A stretch of 64,000 nucleotides of DNA from Hyphomicrobium sp. GTDB lineage: Bacteria; Pseudomonadota; Alphaproteobacteria; Rhizobiales; Hyphomicrobiaceae. This document shows positions 19,607-28,882 of the stretch, piece after piece. The first letter of the stretch is position 1; the number at the start of each line of letters is the position of its first letter. Position numbers and translations under genes: made by a program. The notes below the pieces were generated by a model, which was given only the letters and a program-made list of their open reading frames with translations, made no database searches and was not told the origin of the DNA. The DNA is taken from the NCBI RefSeq assembly GCF_036833075.1, contig NZ_DAITQL010000013.1:4883-68882 (forward strand), written 5' to 3'.

Positions 19607-20455
19607 TTAGCCCGGGAACGGCACCACCGTCTGGCGCTGAGTGCCGAGCCCGGCAATCGTGAGCTCCATCACGTCGCCGGCTTTGAGGTACTGCGGCGGC
19701 TTCATCACCGAGCCGACGCCCGGCGGCGTCCCCGTCGTCACCACGTCGCCCGGCTCGAGCACGCAGAACTGCGTGATGTAGGCGACGAGGTAGGGGATCG
19801 AGAAGATCATGGTCGCCGTCGATCCCTTCTGCTTGGTCTCGCCGTTGACCGTGAGCGACATCGCGAGATTCGAGGGATCGGGGATCTCGTCGGTGGTCAC
19901 GAGCCAGGGGCCGAGCGGCCCGAACGTCTCCGCCGCCTTGCCCTTGAACCACTGGCCGTTGCGCTTCATCTGGAAGCGCCGCTCCGAGACGTCGTTGCAG
20001 ATCGCGTAGCCCGCCACATAGTCCATGGCGTCCTTCTCCTCGACATAGCGCGCGCGCTTGCCGATCACGAAAGCGAGCTCGATCTCCCAGTCCATGCGGT
20101 CGGAGTTCTTGGGATAGATCACGTCGTCGAACGGCCCCGAGACGGTGTTGCCGAGCTTGTTGAAGATGACGGGCTCCGACGGCACCTCGAGCCCTGCTTC
20201 CTTCGCGTGGTCGGCATAGTTGAGGCCGATGGCGATGAAGCTCCACGGCCGCGCGACGGGCTGGCCGAGCCGCACCCCTTCGGGCGCCAGCGGCAGCGAC
20301 GCCGGATCGATGGCGCCCAGCCTCCGAAGGCTCTCGGGCGCGAGCGTCTCGCCGGAGATATCGGCAACGTGCCCGGAAAGATCGCGGATCTTGCCGTCCT
20401 GATCCACGAGGCCGGGCTTCTCCGAGCCCTTGGGTCCAAAGCGCACGAGCTTCAT
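19607..20455 (-). CDS. Fumarylacetoacetate hydrolase family protein
   Basis: IGLNYADHA, DWEIEL, NDVSER, TGTPPGVG. Confidence 0.93.
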   Translation of the reverse strand: MKLVRFGPKGSEKPGLVDQDGKIRDLSGHVADISGETLAPESLRRLGAIDPASLPLAPEGVRLGQPVARPWSFIAIGLNYADHAKEAGLEVPSEPVIFNKLGNTVSGPFDDVIYPKNSDRMDWEIELAFVIGKRARYVEEKDAMDYVAGYAICNDVSERRFQMKRNGQWFKGKAAETFGPLGPWLVTTDEIPDPSNLAMSLTVNGETKQKGSTATMIFSIPYLVAYITQFCVLEPGDVVTTGTPPGVGSVMKPPQYLKAGDVMELTIAGLGTQRQTVVPFPG

Positions 20456-20509
20456 GAAAACTTTCCCCGGTCTGATGCTTCGCCTATGGTCGGGCGGAGG
20501 GCCCGCCGG

Positions 20510-21388
20510 ATGTTCGAAGGCTTTACATCACACACCGTTGCGGTCGGCAACGACATAGAGATCGCAGCCGTGGTGGGCGGCGACGGACCGCCCCTGCTCC
20601 TGCTGCACGGCTACCCGCAGACCCACGCCTGCTGGTGCAAGATCGCGCCCGCCCTGGCGAAACGCTTCACGGTCGTCGCCGCCGACCTGCGCGGCTACGG
20701 CGCCTCGAGCAAGCCCCCCGGCGGCGGCGATCACGCCATGTACTCGAAGCGCGCGATGGCCGCCGATCAGGTCGCCCTCATGCGCGCCTTCGGCTTCGGC
20801 CGCTTCCGCCTCGTGGGGCACGACCGCGGCGCGCGTGTGGCTCACCGCCTGGCGCTTGATCACCCGGAGGTGGTGAAGCGCCTCGCCGTGCTCGACATCT
20901 GCCCCACTGCAACCATGTATGCCGCGACCGACAAGGACTTCGCCACCGCTTACTATCACTGGTTCTTCCTGATCCAGCCGGCGGATTTTCCCGAGCGCAT
21001 GATCGCCAACAACACGCATGATTACATCCGCCGGACCATCGCCTCCTGGTGCAGGACGGACGGCGCCTTCGACGAGGCGGCCATGCGCCACTACGTCGAG
21101 GCGTACTTCGATCCCGCCGCCATCCACGCCGCCTGCGAGGACTACCGGGCCGCCGCCACCATCGACCTCGCCCACGACGCGGAGAGCGACGCCGCGGGCA
21201 TTCAACTGACGGCGCCGTTGCTGGCGCTATGGGGAAGCCGCGGCACGATCGGCCGGATGTTCGACGTGCTCGGGAGCTGGCGCGCGAAATCCGAGGGATC
21301 GGTCGAAGGTCGCGCCATCGACTGCGGTCATTTCCTGCCCGAGGAGGCTCCCGAGGCTACCTTGCAGGCCCTGCTCGACTTCTTCTAG
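20510..21388 (+). CDS. Alpha/beta hydrolase, fluoroacetate/haloacetate dehalogenase-like
   Basis: HGYPQ, GHDRGARV, LDI, YYHWFF, CEDYRA, GHFLPEE. Confidence 0.85.
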   Translation: MFEGFTSHTVAVGNDIEIAAVVGGDGPPLLLLHGYPQTHACWCKIAPALAKRFTVVAADLRGYGASSKPPGGGDHAMYSKRAMAADQVALMRAFGFGRFRLVGHDRGARVAHRLALDHPEVVKRLAVLDICPTATMYAATDKDFATAYYHWFFLIQPADFPERMIANNTHDYIRRTIASWCRTDGAFDEAAMRHYVEAYFDPAAIHAACEDYRAAATIDLAHDAESDAAGIQLTAPLLALWGSRGTIGRMFDVLGSWRAKSEGSVEGRAIDCGHFLPEEAPEATLQALLDFF

Positions 21389-21430
21389 GGCTCGTTCCGA
21401 CTGAGATTCGAGCACGACAAAGCCCAATTT

Positions 21431-21538
21431 TGACGTGTCTGGACTCCGGCCTTCGCCGGAGTGACGGATCGTTCGTGGCAATCGGATAGCCCCAATCTCA
21501 AACGTCATGCCGGCGGAGGCCGGCATCCAGACACGTCA
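21431..21538. repeat. Paired REP-like element TGACGTGTCTGGA...TCCAGACACGTCA
   Basis: 13-bp terminal inverted repeat; hairpins CTCCGGC-CTTC-GCCGGAG and ATGCCGGC-GGAG-GCCGGCAT. Confidence 0.85.
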
Positions 21539-21678
21539 CCGGCTGTCACCGCCTGGCTCCTACATAAGGACTATAGAGCCGCAGTGCTCCACAGACATGC
21601 GGTGCGATCATCTTCTCGCCACACCCCGACTCGGCCCAAACTCGATTCGAGAAAAATCGCCCGCCAGGGGAAGACTGC

Positions 21679-23142
21679 ATGTCGCTGCTGTTCCGGATCG
21701 TCTATGCGGCCCACGCGACCGGCACGCACCATAAACTCGCGCTCGACGCGCTGCGCCATCTCGCCTGCCCCGAGTACGAGTACTGGCAGCGCCTCTTCCT
21801 AAAGCATGCCGAGCGCTACATGGAGGGCGCGAAGGCCCCGGACAACACGTTCAAGGACTTCAAGAATCACGTTCTTCACGTGCGCGATGGATATTGGGGC
21901 GGCGCGCTCGGCAAGGCCGAGCAATGGTACGGCATGCTGTGCGCGGCCATCGTCCGAGGGGACTGGCCGGAGGCCGTCTGGAGCGCGGGCGTGCTCTCGC
22001 ACTATGTCACCGATCCCATCCAGCCCTTCCACACCGGCCAGTCGGACGCCGAGAACAGCATCCATCGGGCGGCCGAATGGTCGATCTCGCGATCCTACGA
22101 TTCGCTCCGGGCGGAAGGTCTCGCCGCGCACGGTCACGTCACCCTGACGACAGGTGAAGGAGACGCATGGCTGCGCGAGCTGATCATCAGCGGCGCCGAG
22201 AAAGCCAATGCCCACTACGAGACGTTGATCGCCCACTACGACCTCACCAAGGGCGTGAGCGATCCGCCGGCCGGCCTCGATCTCGTGAGCCGCAAGATTC
22301 TCGGCGAGCTCCTGGTCCATGCCGCCGCGTCCTTCGCCGCCGTGCTCGACCGCGCATTCGAGGAGGCGGGCATCGCGCCGCCCGAGGTCGATCTCGCGCT
22401 CGACACCGTCATGGCCGCCGTGCGGATCCCGGCCAAGACCCTCGCCAAGCGCCTCGCCGACGCGGAGGATCGCCGCATCGTCGCCGCCATGTACGACGAG
22501 CTTGTCACCACCGGCCGCGTGGAAACGACCCTGCCCGAGGACGACCGCACCGTCCGCGATCTCTACGAGCAGGAGATCGAGGCCCCGCGCCGGGACGCCC
22601 AAGCCGCCGCGCGGGCCGCGGCCGTATCGGGACACGCGGCAGCCGCGCCCGTCGCCGCGCGCGCGGCACCCGAGCCGGCGCCAGTTGCGGCCTTGAAGCC
22701 CGCCGTCGAGCGCCCGAGGCCCTATCTCGCGCTCGCCGACGACATCGAGCGCGCTCCCTCGATCGGCCCCCGCACGGCCAAGCGCCTCGCCCCCCTCGGC
22801 ATCAGGACGGTGGCCGACTTTCTCGCCGCCTCCGCCTATCTCACGGCCGACACCCTGCGCCTGCGCTCGGTGAAGGCCGATACGATCCTCTTGTGGCAGG
22901 ATCAGTGCCGCCTGATGCTGGAGGTGCCGGGCCTGCGCGGCGGGCACGCGGAGCTGCTTGCCGGCGCCGGCTACCGGTCTGCCGACAGCCTCGCCGCCGC
23001 CGAGGAGGCCAAGCTCTGCGCCGATGTGCTCGCCTTTGCCGCATCGTCGGCCGGACAGCGCATCCTGCGCCAGGGCGCGCCACCCGATATCGAGAAAATC
23101 AAGGGCTGGCTCGCGGCCGCCCGGACCCAGGAGGCCGCCTGA
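21679..23142 (+). CDS. Zn-dependent phospholipase C/P1 nuclease-like domain fused to a C-terminal DUF4332 (HhH-like) domain
   Basis: THHKL, APD, NHVLH, SHYVTDPIQPFHT, IHRAAE metal-ligand pattern; SIGPRTAKRL and VPGL HhH-like motifs. Confidence 0.7.
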   Translation: MSLLFRIVYAAHATGTHHKLALDALRHLACPEYEYWQRLFLKHAERYMEGAKAPDNTFKDFKNHVLHVRDGYWGGALGKAEQWYGMLCAAIVRGDWPEAVWSAGVLSHYVTDPIQPFHTGQSDAENSIHRAAEWSISRSYDSLRAEGLAAHGHVTLTTGEGDAWLRELIISGAEKANAHYETLIAHYDLTKGVSDPPAGLDLVSRKILGELLVHAAASFAAVLDRAFEEAGIAPPEVDLALDTVMAAVRIPAKTLAKRLADAEDRRIVAAMYDELVTTGRVETTLPEDDRTVRDLYEQEIEAPRRDAQAAARAAAVSGHAAAAPVAARAAPEPAPVAALKPAVERPRPYLALADDIERAPSIGPRTAKRLAPLGIRTVADFLAASAYLTADTLRLRSVKADTILLWQDQCRLMLEVPGLRGGHAELLAGAGYRSADSLAAAEEAKLCADVLAFAASSAGQRILRQGAPPDIEKIKGWLAAARTQEAA

Positions 23143-23280
23143 CGCCGGTTTCGGGCCGGTCCACCGGGCCACGCACCCCGCGCGCTCCCTTTCCCGATTG
23201 ACACGCCCTGCGGGCGCACTATCCGTAAGGCAGGATACGGCCGCGCGTCGCGCGCCGACGCAACGACAAGGGGATCGACC

Positions 23281-23850
23281 ATGACCACGGGCACAGCAGC
23301 GACGGGCGCCGCCTCCGAGACCTCCGGCACCAACCTCTGGATCGCGCTCATCGCCGGTCTGACCGTTGTCGGCAGCTACGGCCTGGCCTGCGTGGCCCCG
23401 CTGGCGGCCGTGGCCGCGCTGGCCGCTCTGACGCTGCGCCGGACGGAGGGACTGCTGCTCGTCCTCATCGCCTGGATCGTCAACCAGGCCGTCGGCTTTG
23501 TGCTCCTGAGCTATCCTCATACGGCGGACACCTACGCCTGGGGCGCTGCCATCGGCGTCGCTGCCGTGCTCGGCTATGGCGCCGCCGTTGCCGTGACCCC
23601 CGTCGTCACGTCGCGGCTTGCCGCCGTGCTCGTCGCCTTTGCTGCTGCCTTTGCCGTCTACCAGCTCGCGCTCTACGCCTTCGGCGTCGCCACCGGCTAT
23701 GCGGGCGACTCGTTCTCGCTCTCCGTCGTCGGCGAAGTTCTGGGCATCAACGCGGTGGCTTATGCCGGCTTCCTCCTCATCCACCGCGTCGCCGTCGCTC
23801 TCGCGCTGGTGAAGCCGGCCCAGCCGGCCGCCACGACCGCCTCGGCCTGA
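23281..23850 (+). CDS. Hypothetical integral membrane protein (about 6 TM)
   Basis: Hydrophobic throughout; AGGGGA RBS; TTGACA upstream near 23198. Confidence 0.8.
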   Translation: MTTGTAATGAASETSGTNLWIALIAGLTVVGSYGLACVAPLAAVAALAALTLRRTEGLLLVLIAWIVNQAVGFVLLSYPHTADTYAWGAAIGVAAVLGYGAAVAVTPVVTSRLAAVLVAFAAAFAVYQLALYAFGVATGYAGDSFSLSVVGEVLGINAVAYAGFLLIHRVAVALALVKPAQPAATTASA

Positions 23851-23858
23851 TCAGGGGC

Positions 23859-24647
23859 TTGCGGCGCTACCCGGCCGAACGCATCGTCTGCCTGACCGAG
23901 GAGACCGTAGAAACCCTCTACCTCCTCGGCGAGCAGGACCGCATCGTCGGCGTCTCGGGCTATGCCGTCCGCCCGCCCGAGGTGCGTCGCGAAAAACCGC
24001 GCATCTCGTCCTTCACATCGGCGGACGTCGGGAAGATCGCCGCGCTGAAACCGGATCTGGTGCTCGCGTTCTCCGACATCCAGGGCCCGATCATCCCCGA
24101 TCTCGCCCGCGCCGGCTTCTCCGTCCACCTGTTCAACCAGCGTGACCTCGCCGGCATCTTCGCCATGATCCGCACCTTGGGCGCCCTCATCGGCGAGCCC
24201 GCGAAGGCGGACGCGCTGGCCCGCAAGCTCGAAACCCGCATCACGGACATCGCCGCCGAAACGCGGGGCCACGTGAACCGCCCGCGCATCTACTTCGAGG
24301 AATGGAACGACCCGATGATCTCGGGCATCGGCTGGGTTTCGGAATTGATCGCCATTGCGGGCGGCACCGACATCTTTGCCGACCGTGCCATGAAGCCCAC
24401 GGCGAGCGAGCGCATCGTGACGTCGGAGGAGGTCATCGCCCACCGCCCAGATCTCGTGCTCGCCTCCTGGTGCGGAAAGAAGGTCAGGATCGAGAGCATC
24501 CGGGCGCGCGAAGGATGGAGCGCCATCCCCGCCGTCGCGTCGGGCCGCATCGTCGAGATCAAATCCCCGCTCATCCTCCAGCCCGGCCCCGCGGCCCTGA
24601 CCGACGGCCTCGACGCCATCCGCGCCGCGCTGCACCGAACCCCATGA
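23859..24647 (+). CDS. BtuF-like cobalamin/Fe-chelate binding protein with no evident signal peptide
   Basis: RIVCLTEETVETLYLLG, PDLVLAFSD, YFEEW, SWCGKK, LQPGP. Confidence 0.8.
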   Translation: MRRYPAERIVCLTEETVETLYLLGEQDRIVGVSGYAVRPPEVRREKPRISSFTSADVGKIAALKPDLVLAFSDIQGPIIPDLARAGFSVHLFNQRDLAGIFAMIRTLGALIGEPAKADALARKLETRITDIAAETRGHVNRPRIYFEEWNDPMISGIGWVSELIAIAGGTDIFADRAMKPTASERIVTSEEVIAHRPDLVLASWCGKKVRIESIRAREGWSAIPAVASGRIVEIKSPLILQPGPAALTDGLDAIRAALHRTP

Positions 24648-24741
24648 CCTCACGGCCAGAACGCCTTCACGCGACGTAGAGTCCACTTCGCATGAATGGC
24701 GGCCTTGCTTCCGATACTATCAAAGGTGGGAAAGCGTTTGC

Positions 24742-25968
24742 CTAAGGCGCGACCGAGAGCGTCATCGGGCGCGCGGCCACGTCCTCGCCGCCGTCAAACG
24801 CTTGCGTATCGCGGTTGTAGAGATCGTTGCGGAACTGCACGCCGCCGTTCTCCGTCCACGCCGTAAGGTAGATGAAGTGCACCGGCACCGGCTGGGCGAG
24901 CTTGATCGTCGTGCGCTGCCCGGCGGCGATCGCCGAGGCAAGCTGATCCCGCGTCCATCCGCCCTGGCCGGCCAGCACCCACTCCGCCACCTCGAGGTAG
25001 TTCTCAGCCCTCACGCACCCGGCGCTGTAGGCCCGCTCGAAATAGCCGAACAGGTTCTTCATCGGCGTGTCGTGCAGGTAAACGATATTCTTGTTCGGCA
25101 TGTCGAAGCGGAGCACGCCGAGCGCATTCTGCGGCCCCGGGTCCTGCCGGAAGACGTAACGCTCGGCTTCCGGACCCCACCAGTTGACGAGCGCCGGATC
25201 GATTTCCTCGCCGCCGAATGAGGAGAAAACCCGGATGCGCTCCTTGTAGAGATACGACGGATCCTTCCGCACCGCCGGAATCAGCGCGGCCTTGGCGATG
25301 GTGCCCGGCACGTGCCAGTAGGGCAGCAGGTTGATCGCCTGCACGGACGCACTGACGACCGGCGTCGGCGTCGCGCGCTTGCCCGCGATGGTGCGGCTCG
25401 TCACCTGGACGCGCCCGCCCGCGATCCCCTGAAGCTCGAAGCTCGCCGCGTTCATGAGGATGTAGCGCGGTGCAGCGAGCTTCGGCAGCAGCTCCTGCAT
25501 GCGTGCGAGATTCAGTTGCAGTTGCCTCAGCCGCACGTCGGCCGGAACGTTGAGCGATCGCTGCGTAATGCCGTAGACGATGCCGGTCGGCTCGAGCCCG
25601 TTGCGAAGCTGATAGCCCTTGACGGCCGCTTCGAGCGCGGTGTCGAACGTATAGGGGTCGCCGCCGGGACGCACGTCGCCGCTCATCTCGAGCCGCTTGC
25701 GCAGGATGGCGACGTTGGCGTCGCTGTCGCCCGGCCTCAGCGTGATGCGATCCGGCAGCTTCGGCCAGCCGCCCGCCGCAACGATGCGTTGATAGAGGGC
25801 GATCGCCTGCTGCAGGTTGCCGATCTGAGACGGGCTGACCCAGGGCTCGACGCTAGGCGCCGGCGGCGGGATGCGCTGTCTCTGCGCGCCCGCCGGCGTC
25901 ACGGAGAGAACAGCGAGGGCGATCGCCGCGACGGCGAGCCGGAACGCTTTCGAGACGCGATCTGCCAT
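24742..25968 (-). CDS. L,D-transpeptidase (YcbB/LdtD-like) with peptidoglycan-binding domain
   Basis: AVKGYQLRNGL; YLHDTP...SAGCVR catalytic motif. Confidence 0.93.
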   Translation of the reverse strand: MADRVSKAFRLAVAAIALAVLSVTPAGAQRQRIPPPAPSVEPWVSPSQIGNLQQAIALYQRIVAAGGWPKLPDRITLRPGDSDANVAILRKRLEMSGDVRPGGDPYTFDTALEAAVKGYQLRNGLEPTGIVYGITQRSLNVPADVRLRQLQLNLARMQELLPKLAAPRYILMNAASFELQGIAGGRVQVTSRTIAGKRATPTPVVSASVQAINLLPYWHVPGTIAKAALIPAVRKDPSYLYKERIRVFSSFGGEEIDPALVNWWGPEAERYVFRQDPGPQNALGVLRFDMPNKNIVYLHDTPMKNLFGYFERAYSAGCVRAENYLEVAEWVLAGQGGWTRDQLASAIAAGQRTTIKLAQPVPVHFIYLTAWTENGGVQFRNDLYNRDTQAFDGGEDVAARPMTLSVAP

Positions 25969-26009
25969 CGGGCCCGACACGGATTTCAGGATCATCATCG
26001 GCCTCGGCC

Positions 26010-27332
26010 TCACCACATCGGCGGCGCTGTCAGAATGCCGCCGCGCTTCCAGAGCGCATTGAGGCCCCGCTCCATGCCGAGCGGGCTCCCCTTGCCGACA
26101 TTCGCCTCGAACATCTCGCCGTAGTTGCCGACCGCCGCGACCACCGTACGCACCCACGCCTTGTCGAGGTGCAGTTTCTCGCCGCTTTCACCCGCCCCGT
26201 CGATGAGCCGCTGCTGCTCGTCGCTCAGCGGATCCGCCGACCCCGCGAGGCGCTTGTCGAGCCCGACCTCCTCCGCGTTGATCAGCGCGGCGAGCGTCCA
26301 GGTCACGATCTCCGTCCATTCGCCGTCGTCCTTGAGCACGGCGGGTCCCAGCGGCTCCTTGGAGATCACCTCCGGAAGAATCGCGTGCCTGGCGGGCTCG
26401 GGGAACGACGCGCGGCTCGAGAAGAGCGCCGAACGGTCTCCCGTGTAGGTATCGCAATTCCCGTTCGTGTAGGCTTTGAGCATCTCCTCACGGGTCGGAA
26501 ACACCATCGCCTGCGCCTCGATGCCGACCGACTTGAAGAAGAAGTCCATGTTCTTCTCGCTCGTCGTTCCGGCCTCCACGCAGACCTTGGATCCCGAAAG
26601 CTGCTGGGCGGAGACGAAGCCGCGATCGTCGCTGGTCATGAACCCCTGGCCGTCGAAGTAGAGGACGCCGGCGAACCGCAGGCCGAGATCGACCTCCCGG
26701 TTCATGGTCCAGGTGGCGTTGCGCGCGAGCACGTCGATGCGGCCGTCCTTGAGCGCATCGAACCGCTCACTCGTCTCAAGCGGCACGAACTCGACTTTCT
26801 CGCCGTCTCCCAGCGCCGCAGCCGCGAGCGCGCGGCAGAAATCGACATCGAGCCCGGCCCAGACACCGGACTCGGTCTGTGCGGAGAAGCCGAGCAGGCC
26901 CGTATTGACGCCGCACCGCAGCTTGCCGCGCTGACGCACCTGATCGAGCCGCGTGCCCGTCGTCGAGGGGAGCGCGCCTGTTGTGATCGGACCACTCCCG
27001 TCCCGAGGCGCTGCCGCCGCTTGCGGAGACGCGGACGGCGCCTCGGTGCCGGCTGTCGCGTTCGGTTGAGCGGCCGTCGCCTCCGGTGTGGAGGCCGCTT
27101 CCGTGCCTTTTTCCGCTTTGGCGGGGGCCGCAGCAGCAATCCGGCAGCGGCTCTTGGAGACCACGGTGAACTGTCCCGCGCTGTCGCCATCGCTCTTGCA
27201 CGTGCACGGACCGCTTGGCCCGTCCCGAAGCGCGCACAGGCGATAGGCAGCCTCCGAGGGGCCCGACGCCACGCTCATCGCTGAAAGGATCACCGCCGCG
27301 CCGACGCCCAAGGCCGTTCCGCTTCTGATCAT
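26010..27332 (-). CDS. Amino-acid ABC substrate-binding protein (AapJ/BztA-like) with Cys-rich N-terminal extension
   Basis: RGKLRCGV, GLDVDFCRA, EVISKEPLGP, VGNYGE, RGLNALW. Confidence 0.88.
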   Translation of the reverse strand: MIRSGTALGVGAAVILSAMSVASGPSEAAYRLCALRDGPSGPCTCKSDGDSAGQFTVVSKSRCRIAAAAPAKAEKGTEAASTPEATAAQPNATAGTEAPSASPQAAAAPRDGSGPITTGALPSTTGTRLDQVRQRGKLRCGVNTGLLGFSAQTESGVWAGLDVDFCRALAAAALGDGEKVEFVPLETSERFDALKDGRIDVLARNATWTMNREVDLGLRFAGVLYFDGQGFMTSDDRGFVSAQQLSGSKVCVEAGTTSEKNMDFFFKSVGIEAQAMVFPTREEMLKAYTNGNCDTYTGDRSALFSSRASFPEPARHAILPEVISKEPLGPAVLKDDGEWTEIVTWTLAALINAEEVGLDKRLAGSADPLSDEQQRLIDGAGESGEKLHLDKAWVRTVVAAVGNYGEMFEANVGKGSPLGMERGLNALWKRGGILTAPPMW

Positions 27333-27456
27333 TCCTGGATTCCCCCGTCAGACGACAAAAACCCCCACCCGGCGTCGGCGGGCCGCGCCAGCCTACCGCT
27401 TTGCTCCGGGCCGTGCGACCGTACCACGCGGGCGGCACAGGGGGGAAATAAAGCCG

Positions 27457-28761
27457 ATGAGAGAGCGAACGGAAGCGAACGGAGCCTCTTCCTCCACAGG
27501 TATTCTGCATCGGGCCGTCGATATCGAACCCGCCGAGACGGCCGCCGCGGTGGGCTCGTTCGCAACGTTCGCGCTCGTGCTCGGCGGCTACTACCTGATC
27601 CGCCCCGTGCGCGAGAATATCAGCGCCGAAGCGACCGCCGATCAACGTCAGCTCTGGTTCCTGCTCGTCTTCGTCGTCATGCTGGCGGCCGTTCCGCTGT
27701 TCGGCTGGATCGTGGCGCACGTCTCCCGTCGCGCCGTGCTCCCCGCCATCTACGGCCTGTTCGTCGCCGTGATGATCGGCTTCTGGCTCGCGCTCGGAGG
27801 CGAGCGCGCCGGCACTGGCGCGCTCGGCGGCGCCTTCTTTGTATTCGCGAGCGTCTTCAATCTGTTCGTCGTCTCGTTGTTCTGGATCTTGATGTCGGAC
27901 ATCTACGACAGCGGACAGGCGAAGCGCCTCTATGGTTTCATCGCCGCCGGCGGCACGATGGGCGCCGTGCTGGGGCCTCTTGCCGCCAACGCGCTGGTGC
28001 CGGTCGTCGGCGGCCGCAACCTGCTGCTGATTGCCGCCACGGTGTTCGTGATCGCGGCGGCGCTGTCGGTCTGGCTCAGGACGGCGGCACCGGCCGCGGC
28101 ACACAACGACACCGTCATCGACGCGCCGCCGACGCTGCGGACGCTCCTCTCCGGTGCCGAGCGCGTGTGGCGCGACAGCTATCTCTTGCGCATCGCCGCC
28201 TATATCCTGATCGCCAACCTCATCTCGACATTCTTCTATCTCGAGCAGGCACGGCTCGCGGGCGAAACCATCAAGGACGCAACCGAGCGCGTCCAGTTCT
28301 TCGCCGCACGCGATCTGATCACGAGCGTTGGGACGGTGCTGGTGCAGATCGTCCTCGCCGGCCGCATCATGGCCAGGTTCGGGATCGGCGTCGCGGCCTC
28401 CGTGCTTCCTGCGGTCACCATCGCGGGCCTTGCTCTCTACGCCGCCATGCCCAGTCTGCACGTCGTCGCGGCCATCATGGTCGCCGAGCGGGTCGCAGCC
28501 TTCGCCCTGTCGAATCCATCCACCAAGGTGCTGTACACGGCCGTCGACCTCGACGAGCGCTACAAGGCGCAGACCTTCATCGACACGGTGGTCTATCGCG
28601 GCGGCGATGCGCTGTCGGGCGCCGTGTTCAACGGCCTGACAAAGGCCATGGGTTGGCCCCTCTCGGCCGTGGCCCTGCTCTCGATTCCGATCGCCGGCCT
28701 GTGGCTCGCCATGGCCTCCCGCTTCGACAAAGCGCTCGATCAGCGCCTTACGGAGCGTTGA
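27457..28761 (+). CDS. MFS transporter, NTP/NDP-exchange (TLC-like) family
   Basis: YYLIRPVRE, VFNLFVVSLFW, RYKAQTFIDTVVYRGGD. Confidence 0.8.
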   Translation: MRERTEANGASSSTGILHRAVDIEPAETAAAVGSFATFALVLGGYYLIRPVRENISAEATADQRQLWFLLVFVVMLAAVPLFGWIVAHVSRRAVLPAIYGLFVAVMIGFWLALGGERAGTGALGGAFFVFASVFNLFVVSLFWILMSDIYDSGQAKRLYGFIAAGGTMGAVLGPLAANALVPVVGGRNLLLIAATVFVIAAALSVWLRTAAPAAAHNDTVIDAPPTLRTLLSGAERVWRDSYLLRIAAYILIANLISTFFYLEQARLAGETIKDATERVQFFAARDLITSVGTVLVQIVLAGRIMARFGIGVAASVLPAVTIAGLALYAAMPSLHVVAAIMVAERVAAFALSNPSTKVLYTAVDLDERYKAQTFIDTVVYRGGDALSGAVFNGLTKAMGWPLSAVALLSIPIAGLWLAMASRFDKALDQRLTER

Positions 28762-28882
28762 CGCGGCGACGAGCAGTTGTCCGAAATCAAGTCGACCTTG
28801 AGAGCAGGTTCAATACTATCCCGTGCTTCGAAGCTCCGGGCGCTCCCGGATTCAGAGCACCGTTGCGCGCATTGGGGTTTAC

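Noticed and set aside
23143..23280. Cobalamin riboswitch upstream of the BtuF-like unit
   Set aside because: The region is short and I see no B12-box or GGGAA...GCCCCCGCAACTGT core, only a TTGACA promoter-like element.
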